Below, one piece after another: positions 8,689-16,557 of a stretch of 29,815 bases of DNA. Origin of the DNA: Nitrospiria bacterium (GTDB taxonomy: Bacteria > Nitrospirota > CAKKRA01 > 9FT-COMBO-42-15); the NCBI GenBank assembly GCA_919903585.1, contig CAKKST010000125.1, positions 1-29,815 on the forward strand, written 5' to 3'. Every line of letters begins with the position of its first letter. Position 1 is the stretch's first letter. A program made the position numbers and the translations under genes. Below the pieces are notes generated by a model, which was given only the letters and a program-made list of their open reading frames with translations, did no database searches and had not been told where the DNA came from.

Positions 8689-9153
8689 ATGAAAAAATAT
8701 ATCTTATTCTCAATCCTTATCCTTTTTTCTTCTCTGCCTGCCAATTCGGCAGAAGATACGCACAATAAGAAAGAGGGAATGATGCATCACAAGGCAACAG
8801 ACTCAAAGGATACAAGGGTTCAGTTGAATGTCCCTGATATGATGAAGGAGCATCAGAAGACAATGATGCGTGAGCACCTAAAGGCAGTGAACGAGATTGT
8901 AGCAGGATTGGCAGCAAATGACTTTGAACTTGTTTCACAGACAGCGCATAAGAAGCTCGGCTTAACAGATGAGATGAGGAATATGTGTTCAATGTTCGGG
9001 AATCAGGAATTTGAAAAAATCGGCCTTGAGTTTCACACAAAGGCAGATGAGCTCGGCGAGGTTGCAAAGACAAAGGACTTAAACAAGACGCTCCTTGCAT
9101 TGGATACAATGTTGAAAAGATGCAACCAATGCCACAGCATGTTTAAACAATAA
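8689..9153 (+). CDS. Periplasmic monoheme cytochrome c, class II (cytochrome c'-like helical bundle)
   Basis: Signal peptide MKKYILFSILILFSSLPANSAED; single C-terminal CNQCH heme motif; helical character. Start moved to ATG 8689 because GGAGG precedes it. Confidence 0.75.
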   Translation: MKKYILFSILILFSSLPANSAEDTHNKKEGMMHHKATDSKDTRVQLNVPDMMKEHQKTMMREHLKAVNEIVAGLAANDFELVSQTAHKKLGLTDEMRNMCSMFGNQEFEKIGLEFHTKADELGEVAKTKDLNKTLLALDTMLKRCNQCHSMFKQ

Positions 9154-9167
9154 CAATTTCTGTTGCA

Positions 9168-9241
9168 GTCTTTGCGAGCGATAGCGAAGCAATCTCACTA
9201 AATAATATGGGTTGCTTCGTAGATTCGCTCCTTGCAATGAC
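9168..9241. repeat. REP-like imperfect palindrome (GTCATTGCGAG..GCAATGAC type)
   Basis: gtctttgcgagcgatagcgaagcaatctc ... gggttgcttcgtagattcgctccttgcaatgac, intergenic. Confidence 0.75.
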
Positions 9242-9255
9242 TTTAATTTTGAAAG

Positions 9256-9289
9256 TATATAGGCAGGATATTCCTGTCTTGCCTATATA
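9256..9289. repeat. Short hairpin or REP remnant
   Basis: tatataggca ... tgcctatata 10-bp stem around ggatattcctgtct. Confidence 0.5.
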
Positions 9290-9306
9290 TAAAATATAAT
9301 ACTCCT

Positions 9307-10185
9307 ATGCAAAATCTTCAATTCATCAAGGAAAGTCTTGACAAATTTTACAAAAGCTATAATCTTACAGAGCGTATCAACAGCGATCCCATAGAATTTC
9401 CACACAGATACAAAAGGCCAGAGGACATAGAGGTTGTCGGCTTTATTTCCTCAGCGCTTGCATACGGCAAGGTAACACTCTTTAAGCCTGTGCTTGAGCG
9501 GATATTCGGTGTAATGGGTAAAAGCCCTTATGATTTTACCCTCCATTTTGAGCCAAAGAAAGACAGCAGCCTCTTCAAAGGCATCAAATACAGGATGAAT
9601 AAAGAGGAGGATATTGTTTGTCTAATATATCTCATCAGCAGGGCTGTCAAGGAATTAGGCTCACTAAAACAGCTCTTTTTAAATTTCTACAGCCCCACGT
9701 ATGATGATATTGGCCCTGCTTTATCAGGCTTTGTTGATTATTTTTTAAAAACTGACACAGCGGTTGTTTATGGTAAAAAGGTATACCCCTTTGGCCTCCT
9801 GCAATTCCTTCCATCACCAGCAAAGGGAAGCACATGCAAGCGGCTTAATATGTTCCTCCGCTGGATGGTGCGCTCGGGCGATGGTGTTGACTTTGGCATC
9901 TGGAATGAGATACCTCCATCAAAACTGATTATCCCGCTTGATACGCATACAGCGAGGATATGCAGGCATATCAGCCTTACAAAGAGAAAAAATGCTGATT
10001 GGAAGATGGCAAAGGAGATTACAGAAAATCTAAAGAGCCTTGATCCTGATGACCCTGTGAAGTATGACTTTGCCATTTGCCATCTCGGCATCTCAGGTGA
10101 ATGTCCGTCAATACCATCAATTGACAAATGCAATAATTGCAATCTATCTGATATATGCCTGCCTGCGCTGGAGGCTGTGAGATGA
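9307..10185 (+). CDS. TIGR02757 (DUF2400) family protein, HhH-GPD/endonuclease III-like
   Basis: DPIEFPHRY, ALAYGKV, SxCKRLNMFLRWMVR, VDFGIW, IIPLDTH, DPDDPVKYDFAIC; C-terminal C-X8-C-X2-C-X5-C. Confidence 0.85.
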   Translation: MQNLQFIKESLDKFYKSYNLTERINSDPIEFPHRYKRPEDIEVVGFISSALAYGKVTLFKPVLERIFGVMGKSPYDFTLHFEPKKDSSLFKGIKYRMNKEEDIVCLIYLISRAVKELGSLKQLFLNFYSPTYDDIGPALSGFVDYFLKTDTAVVYGKKVYPFGLLQFLPSPAKGSTCKRLNMFLRWMVRSGDGVDFGIWNEIPPSKLIIPLDTHTARICRHISLTKRKNADWKMAKEITENLKSLDPDDPVKYDFAICHLGISGECPSIPSIDKCNNCNLSDICLPALEAVR

Positions 10186-11903
10186 AATTCTCAGAACTTG
10201 TCGTCTGCTTTGAGAGGCTTGAGGCAACAACAAAGAGGCTGGAGATGTTTGACATCCTTGCCGGGCTTTTCAAACATTCAGGGCAGAAGGATATAGATAA
10301 GATTATTTATATGAGTCAGGGGCAGCTTCTGCCAGCCTTTCACGGCCTTGAGACAGGCATGTCTGAAAAGCTGTTAATAAGGGCGCTCTCTCAGGCAACA
10401 GGAAATGATAACGGCGATATTACCAAGGAATTTAAAAAATCAGGCGACCTCGGTTTAACTGCTGAGCAAATTATTAAAAAGAAGGGTGATGGGCTTTCTG
10501 TTACTGATGTATACAATGAACTGCTAAAGCTCCCGCATATAACAGGTGAAGGGAGTGTGGAGAAGAAGATAAGCATCCTCTCAAACCTCTTTTCTGCTTC
10601 ATCCAAAACAGAGGCAAAATATATTGCAAGGTTTGTGATAGGAAGGCTGCGGCTCGGCGTCGGCGACCAGACCGTGCTTGATGCGCTTGCCCTCTCAATT
10701 GGAGACAGGTCGCACAAACCTGACCTTGAACGTGCATATAATCTATGCTCAGATTTAGGGCTTGTTGGGAAGATACTTTTAGAAGAAGGCATAGAAGGCA
10801 TAAGAAAGACAAAGGTTCAGCTTGGCTATCCTATTCGCATGGCCTTGTGTGAACGGCTGCCTTCTGCTGAAAAGATAGTAGAGAAGATTGGCCGATGCGC
10901 CATAGAGAGTAAATATGACGGATTCAGGTGTCAGGTGCATAAGACAAAAAGCGGTGTAGAGATATTCTCAAGAAATTTAGAGAGGACAACACTTATGTTC
11001 CCGGAGATAGTTGAAGGGGCGAAGAGGCATATAAAGGCAATGGAGTGCATATTTGAAGGCGAGGCGCTGGCATATAATGACGCAACAGGAGAGCTTTTCC
11101 CCTTTCAGGTAACCATGCAGAGAAAGAGGAAGCACGGGGTAGAAGAGATGGCAAAGGAGTTCCCGCTGAAATTTTTTGTATTTGACCTGCTCTATGTGGA
11201 CGGCGTGGATTATACAGAATATCCATATCAGAAAAGACGGCTGAAGATGTATGAGATTATAGAGAGGAATACTGTTATGGAACCGTCGGAGACGATTATT
11301 ACTGATGACCCTGAGGCAATAACCAAATTCTTTGAGGATACTGTAAGCAGGGGGCTTGAAGGTATAATTGCAAAGAGGCTTGATGCGCCCTATTCTGCCG
11401 GCGCGAGAAATTTTAACTGGATAAAATTAAAGCGCAGCTATAAGGGTGAGCTCGCAGATACAATAGATGTGTGCATCGTCGGCTACTTTGCGGGCAAGGG
11501 CCAGCGCGCAAAATTCGGCGTTGGCGCACTACTCGGCGCTGTATATGACCCTGATTCTGACTCTTTCAAGACTGTATCAAAGGTAGGATCGGGCTTTTCT
11601 GATGAGGAATGGACAAAATTAAAAGAGATGCTAAATCAGACCGCAATAGGCCATAAGCCTGCGAGGGTTGATTCACTTATAGAGCCGGATGTCTGGGTAA
11701 CTCCCACTTATGTTGTTACAGTTACAGCAGATGAGATTACCCGCTCTCCTACTCATACTGCCGGCAGGGAGGATGAAGAGGGTTATGCCCTCCGCTTTCC
11801 AAGGGCGCAGGGATTTATAAGGGAGGACAAGAACCCTGAGGATGCAACAACAGTGGCAGAGATAATTGAGATGTTTGAGATGCAGAAGAGCATGAAGGTA
11901 TGA
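10182..11903 (+). CDS. lig: ATP-dependent DNA ligase (archaeal/LigI-like architecture: DNA-binding, adenylation and OB domains)
   Basis: Motif I ESKYDGFRCQVH, III EGE, IIIa FVFDLLYVDG, IV EGIIAK, V WIKLK, VI LRFPR. Start placed at ATG 10182, overlapping the upstream TGA. Confidence 0.93.
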   Translation: MKFSELVVCFERLEATTKRLEMFDILAGLFKHSGQKDIDKIIYMSQGQLLPAFHGLETGMSEKLLIRALSQATGNDNGDITKEFKKSGDLGLTAEQIIKKKGDGLSVTDVYNELLKLPHITGEGSVEKKISILSNLFSASSKTEAKYIARFVIGRLRLGVGDQTVLDALALSIGDRSHKPDLERAYNLCSDLGLVGKILLEEGIEGIRKTKVQLGYPIRMALCERLPSAEKIVEKIGRCAIESKYDGFRCQVHKTKSGVEIFSRNLERTTLMFPEIVEGAKRHIKAMECIFEGEALAYNDATGELFPFQVTMQRKRKHGVEEMAKEFPLKFFVFDLLYVDGVDYTEYPYQKRRLKMYEIIERNTVMEPSETIITDDPEAITKFFEDTVSRGLEGIIAKRLDAPYSAGARNFNWIKLKRSYKGELADTIDVCIVGYFAGKGQRAKFGVGALLGAVYDPDSDSFKTVSKVGSGFSDEEWTKLKEMLNQTAIGHKPARVDSLIEPDVWVTPTYVVTVTADEITRSPTHTAGREDEEGYALRFPRAQGFIREDKNPEDATTVAEIIEMFEMQKSMKV

Positions 11904-12988
11904 TTTATATTGCTTTAGGCCTGAGCATGTTACTCATATTTTCTGGATGCGGGAATGGAACGATGACGGTCTCACAGGCAGAGGTTGAGGAAAAAATTAC
12001 ATACCCAATAGAGCAAAAATATATTTTCCCTGCCCATAAAAATAGCGGCGCCTTCTTTAATCCATGGCCTTCGCCTGTTGAAAGGAAGAGGCCTGCAACA
12101 GGCTTTGTTGCAAAATTATTATTAAAGCATCAGCTTAATCTCAACAGCCCAAAGAAACCTACCTTCTCAGGATTTCCTGAGATAAAGAATGGTGAGGTTG
12201 GCTTTACATTCATCGGCCATGCAACATACCGCATTGCGTGGCAGGATTTTGTTGCGCTCACAGATCCCTTTTTCAGCAAGAGGGCATCGCCATTTTCATG
12301 GTTTGGCCCAAAACGCAAGCTCTTGCCTGCTGTTTCTATGGAAGAAATGGGAAGGGTTGATGTCATCCTTATTTCCCATAACCACTATGACCACCTTGAT
12401 GAGCTTGCAGCAAGATACTGGGGGAATAAGGCGCTCTTTGTTGTGCCTCTTGGATTAAAGAAATGGTTTAATAAAGGGGGGATAACAAAGGTTGTTGAGC
12501 TTGACTGGGGCCAGCAGATAACAATTGGAGATGCAAAGATTACAGCCCTCCCTGTAATGCACTGGAGCAAGCGCAAGTGGTCTGATGACAGGCAGAGCCT
12601 CTGGGCAGCGTATGTTATTCAGAAGGATGGAAAGAACATATATTTTGCTGGTGATACAGGCTACGGCCCTGTATTTAAATTGGCAGGTGAGCTTTTTCCA
12701 TCAATAGATGCTGCTATCCTCCCCATTGGCGGCTATGAGCCTCGTGATGTCCTTGGCCAGAATCATATAAACCCTGAAGAGGCTGTTCAGGCATTGCTTG
12801 ACTTAAATGCAAAGATTGGTCTTGGAAACCATTGGGGCACAATCCAGCTTACAGAGGAGCCAATGGACGAGCCGCCGAAGAGGCTTGCAGATGCAGTTGC
12901 CAAGACGGGTTTACCGTCAGATAGATTTCGCGTCCTTCAGACAGGGGAGAGTCTTAAGCTTTTATTACCTTCTCAAGTTGCTCCTTAA
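11900..12988 (+). CDS. Metallo-beta-lactamase-fold hydrolase (NAPE-PLD/RomA-like), probable lipoprotein
   Basis: FIGHAT, LTDPFFS, SHNHYDHLD, YFAGDTGY, HINPEEA, HWGT; lipobox-like FSGC. Confidence 0.85.
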   Translation: MIYIALGLSMLLIFSGCGNGTMTVSQAEVEEKITYPIEQKYIFPAHKNSGAFFNPWPSPVERKRPATGFVAKLLLKHQLNLNSPKKPTFSGFPEIKNGEVGFTFIGHATYRIAWQDFVALTDPFFSKRASPFSWFGPKRKLLPAVSMEEMGRVDVILISHNHYDHLDELAARYWGNKALFVVPLGLKKWFNKGGITKVVELDWGQQITIGDAKITALPVMHWSKRKWSDDRQSLWAAYVIQKDGKNIYFAGDTGYGPVFKLAGELFPSIDAAILPIGGYEPRDVLGQNHINPEEAVQALLDLNAKIGLGNHWGTIQLTEEPMDEPPKRLADAVAKTGLPSDRFRVLQTGESLKLLLPSQVAP

Positions 12989-13367
12989 ACTCCTTTAGAT
13001 GCCCCTCTTCTTCTTCCAGAATATGCCTTAGCTTTTTCTTTATCTCCTCATTAGGTATTTGGCTGATATGATCCTTGTACTGGGCTATTGCCCCTTCCTC
13101 AAGGCCAATCAATCTCTTTAAAAAACCCTCTGCCCCTTCCCTGCCAAAGTTCAGGGGCTTGTGCTCCATAGATGGAATGCCGCTTAAATCAACAATAAGC
13201 TCTGCAAGCCACTCTGTATGGCGCATCTCGTCCTTTGCCACCTCTTCCATTTTTCTGCTCGGCGGGCAGTTCTCTGTAACAAAGGAGTTTCTCATATAAA
13301 TCAGTATCGCCTCAATCTCGCCTGTAATGTCCTCATTCAGTAATTTTATAATCTCTTCCTTTTTCAT
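12954..13367 (-). CDS. Ferritin-like di-iron carboxylate protein (short bacterioferritin/rubrerythrin-like)
   Basis: EIEAILIY...DEMRH...EEGAIAQY...EEEGH duplicated E/ExxH pattern; GGAGG 6 nt upstream of ATG 13367. Confidence 0.8.
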   Translation of the reverse strand: MKKEEIIKLLNEDITGEIEAILIYMRNSFVTENCPPSRKMEEVAKDEMRHTEWLAELIVDLSGIPSMEHKPLNFGREGAEGFLKRLIGLEEGAIAQYKDHISQIPNEEIKKKLRHILEEEEGHLKEFKEQLEKVIKA

Positions 13368-13397
13368 TTTCAACCTCCTGCAAAGAATTTTAGAATA

Positions 13398-13426
13398 ATT
13401 CTATGCGGCTATACTGTTTATGTCAA
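13398..13426 (-). promoter_or_regulatory. Putative sigma70 promoter of the ferritin-like gene
   Basis: TTGACA-N17-TAGAAT on the minus strand. Confidence 0.65.
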
Positions 13427-13454
13427 GGGATTTTGACACCATTCATTTCTTCTC

Positions 13455-13482
13455 TTGACAAAAACCTGCTTTGTGTTAAATT
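13455..13482 (+). promoter_or_regulatory. Putative sigma70 promoter of the peptidase-PD40 gene
   Basis: TTGACA-N16-TAAATT with an extended -10 TG. Confidence 0.45.
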
Positions 13483-13488
13483 ATCACC

Positions 13489-15192
13489 ATGCCAAAGCGG
13501 TTATCCTGCCTATACATCTTCATATTAATCTCTTCCCTCATCCTTTCTGCTGGCTGTATGGGAGGGACATTTCTTACAACAACAGGCGCAGAGGAGATGT
13601 TCGGGACAAATAAAGTAAGGGACGGGTTCTTTTCATGGAAGGTGGTGGAGACTGAGCATTTTCAGGTTCATTACTATAAGGATGGAGAGGAGCTTGCAAA
13701 AGACCTTGCTGTGGTGCTGGAGCGTGAATACCCGCGCATCTCAAACATGCTCAATATAAAGCAGGAGGCTAAGTCGCCATTCTTTTTGTATTTAACCCCA
13801 GATGATTATTATCAGACAAATATTACCCTCGGTGAGGTGGAGGGTTCAGGCGGATTCACAGAGTTTTTCAAAAACAGGATCGCATTTTACCCGCGCGGCT
13901 CTGCAAAGTGGCTGAGGCTCGTTGCAACACATGAATATACCCACCATCTGACAGACCAGTATATCATGGGCGGCTCACTCCCATACCGCTCCTTCACGAT
14001 TTTCATTAATGCTGTGCTAAATCCACAGTGGTACACAGAGGGCCTTGCAGAGTATATATCTGGTGATTTTGACTCCTATGCAGATATGCTTGTACGTGAT
14101 GCTGCAATAGATGACAAACTCATACCCTTCAGGCAATTGAATGGCTTTTATCACCTAAAGCCGCGCCAAATTCTCCTTGCATATAAAGAGGGATTTACTA
14201 TCTTTGAATTTCTTGTGAATAAATACGGCAAGCAGGTTCCGGCAATAATGACAGAGGATATACAAAACCAGCTAAACCCCTACCAGTCAATAGAAAAGGC
14301 AACAAATAATCAGGCTGACCAGTCCATCAGATATGAATGGGAGGAATACCTCAAGGAGAAATACAACAAGCAGATTGTCGGGAAAAAAGAACCGTGGGAG
14401 ATTTCAACGCCACTCACAAAAGGCCCCGGCTGGAAGATGCACCCTGCCTTTTCACCTGACGGCGCTAAGATAGCGTATATCTCTGATGAGGCAAATGAGC
14501 AGGGCGATTTTGATCTTTATATAATGGATGCTGATGGCAGCAATAAAAAGAGGCTGACAAGAAATAGGCTTATCAGGCCGCTCGGCATCTCATTCTCGCC
14601 TGACGGAAAATATATTGCCTTTATCAGCCATAGTAAAAGGCGCGATGATATGTATATTATCCCATCAGACGGAGGTTTCTGCAGAAGGGTGAAGATTTCA
14701 TTAAGACATAATTCCTATCCTTCTTTCTCACCTGACAGCAAGAGGATTATTTTTACATCACTTGTAAAAGGATATACTGATATATATATTGCTGATATTG
14801 ATGGAAAGAATCCCGCACAGCTTACCCGCACAAAGGAGCACGAGGAATCACCGGTATTCTCCCCTGATGGCAGTTACATATATTTTGCGCGTGAGATAAA
14901 TGAGCAGAGGGAAATTTTTGCAATGAAGGCTGATGGAAGCGAAGCAGAGCGGCTTACAGAAAACAGCTATGACGACTTTGCGCCGTCAATCTCATCAGAT
15001 GGCAAGAGGCTTTATTATATCTCAGATAGAAACGGCATATTTAATATCTATTCTATGGATATTGCCGCCGGGAAGATAACACAGCATACTGATGTTACAG
15101 GCGGCAGCCTTCAGGTAAATATTTCAAAGGATAAAGGAGTTGTCTTTAGTTCATACAGACATGGAAAATTTGATATCTATAAAATGCAGTAA
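13489..15192 (+). CDS. Lipoprotein with gluzincin (peptidase MA-like) domain and TolB-like PD40 beta-propeller
   Basis: Lipobox LSAGC; HEYTH...WYTEGLAEY zinc motif; repeated P.FSPDG (AFSPDG, SFSPDG, SFSPDS, VFSPDG, SISSDG). Confidence 0.85.
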   Translation: MPKRLSCLYIFILISSLILSAGCMGGTFLTTTGAEEMFGTNKVRDGFFSWKVVETEHFQVHYYKDGEELAKDLAVVLEREYPRISNMLNIKQEAKSPFFLYLTPDDYYQTNITLGEVEGSGGFTEFFKNRIAFYPRGSAKWLRLVATHEYTHHLTDQYIMGGSLPYRSFTIFINAVLNPQWYTEGLAEYISGDFDSYADMLVRDAAIDDKLIPFRQLNGFYHLKPRQILLAYKEGFTIFEFLVNKYGKQVPAIMTEDIQNQLNPYQSIEKATNNQADQSIRYEWEEYLKEKYNKQIVGKKEPWEISTPLTKGPGWKMHPAFSPDGAKIAYISDEANEQGDFDLYIMDADGSNKKRLTRNRLIRPLGISFSPDGKYIAFISHSKRRDDMYIIPSDGGFCRRVKISLRHNSYPSFSPDSKRIIFTSLVKGYTDIYIADIDGKNPAQLTRTKEHEESPVFSPDGSYIYFAREINEQREIFAMKADGSEAERLTENSYDDFAPSISSDGKRLYYISDRNGIFNIYSMDIAAGKITQHTDVTGGSLQVNISKDKGVVFSSYRHGKFDIYKMQ

Positions 15193-15237
15193 AGGGGCAA
15201 AAAATATTGACAATTGCATAATAAAATTGTCAGTTCT

Positions 15238-15341
15238 ATTGTCATTCCCGCATAAGCGGGAATCCAGCCCTCTCTCCTCTGAAAGTAGGGGTTCAATATA
15301 TTGAACCCCTACTGGATTCCTGCTTTCGCAGGAATGACAAT
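15238..15341. repeat. Nested REP-like element: GTCATTCCCGC..GCGGGAATCCAG arms enclosing a perfect 28-bp GTAG palindrome
   Basis: attgtcattcccgcataagcgggaatccag ... ctggattcctgctttcgcaggaatgacaat; inner gtaggggttcaatatattgaacccctac (15285-15312). Confidence 0.85.
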
Positions 15342-15371
15342 GTTTTTTTACGTTATTAAAGGTATATTTGA

Positions 15372-16532
15372 ATGAAAAGTATTCTCAAGCTAACTCTATA
15401 TTGTTTTTTCCCTCTGGCTATCCTCGCTGCAATCTCCACATTTTCCTTTGCAGAAGAAGAGAAGCCGCAAATAACAACAGTCCAGCCGACGACGACAATA
15501 AGGGACTATTCCTTCAGGGCATCAGCAGACCTTTTGCTTCCATATATTGATTACAATCCCGCAGATGGGTTTATCGGAGGACTATATCTATCCGGCAGCG
15601 ACTATCTCGGCAATCACCAGTTGCAGGCCATTGGCGGCTATGGCTTTAAAAGCGGCAATGCCCACTTACAGGCAGGCTATACATATATGCGCTTCTGGCC
15701 TGCCTTTGGCATAAACCTTTTTCAAAGATACACATACATTGAAAACAGCAATAATACCCTCGGCGAGGATGAGGAGTGGTTCAAGGAGAAGGGCGGAGAT
15801 TTTTTAGTCAGCCTGCCGCTGGGTAAGCATCTCAGGATTGATGCTATGTATACCCTAAAAGAGGTTACAGATGAATACAGGGAATATCCGGGCGCGCCAT
15901 TTAAGAAATACCAGCAGGGCGCAATCGGCGGAAGCCTTGTGTGGGATAATGTTGTTTATCAGGAGATCGGGCCGATATCAGGCGCGCAGTTCAATATACA
16001 TGGTGATTTTGGCGAAAAGAAACTTGGAAGTGATTTTTATTACAGAAACTATGAAGGTGAATTGCGGGGATATGCCAATTATAATTTTAATAACCTTTGG
16101 AAATACGGCAAAAGGCTTGTATTTGCCATGAGGCTAAAGGGCGGATACAAGAAGGATGATGTCCTTGTATTCCCCCTCGGCGGGCAGGACAGCCTTCGCG
16201 GCTATGGGTATCATGAATTTCATGGGACAAGGCTTGCGCTGGGTAATCTTGAACTGCGTTATCCCCTCTTTGAGATAAATCATGTAGTCCTTCCTATGGA
16301 TCTGTTTCTTGCCAAGAGGCTTGACTTTGCAATCTTTGGCGATGCCGGCCGCGTATGGAACACAGGGAGGCTGAAGCCTAAGGATGCAGAGGCGAGTGTT
16401 GGCGCTGGCCTGAGATTCTTAATGTTCATGTTCGGCAAGATACCGCTCTATCACAATTTTGAGATTTCAAAAAGTGTTACGGACTCTGACAGGGGCGCAA
16501 GAGGCTTCTTATCGTTTGGGACTATGTTTTAA
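15372..16532 (+). CDS. Omp85/BamA-TamA family outer-membrane beta-barrel without POTRA domains
   Basis: Signal peptide; LGGQDSLRGY loop-6 motif, GNLELRYPL, FGDAGRVW, C-terminal Phe (SFGTMF); 386 aa leaves no room for POTRA domains. Confidence 0.8.
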   Translation: MKSILKLTLYCFFPLAILAAISTFSFAEEEKPQITTVQPTTTIRDYSFRASADLLLPYIDYNPADGFIGGLYLSGSDYLGNHQLQAIGGYGFKSGNAHLQAGYTYMRFWPAFGINLFQRYTYIENSNNTLGEDEEWFKEKGGDFLVSLPLGKHLRIDAMYTLKEVTDEYREYPGAPFKKYQQGAIGGSLVWDNVVYQEIGPISGAQFNIHGDFGEKKLGSDFYYRNYEGELRGYANYNFNNLWKYGKRLVFAMRLKGGYKKDDVLVFPLGGQDSLRGYGYHEFHGTRLALGNLELRYPLFEINHVVLPMDLFLAKRLDFAIFGDAGRVWNTGRLKPKDAEASVGAGLRFLMFMFGKIPLYHNFEISKSVTDSDRGARGFLSFGTMF

Positions 16533-16557
16533 AAAAATGGCCGGCGCCGCCTCACCC

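Noticed and set aside
10182-12988. Ligase-associated exonuclease/Lhr/phosphoesterase repair operon or NHEJ
   Set aside because: The MBL has NAPE-PLD-like motifs and an export signal; no Lhr helicase, metallophosphoesterase or Ku gene is in the window.
12954-13367. Encapsulin cargo ferritin
   Set aside because: No encapsulin gene nearby and no evident C-terminal targeting peptide.
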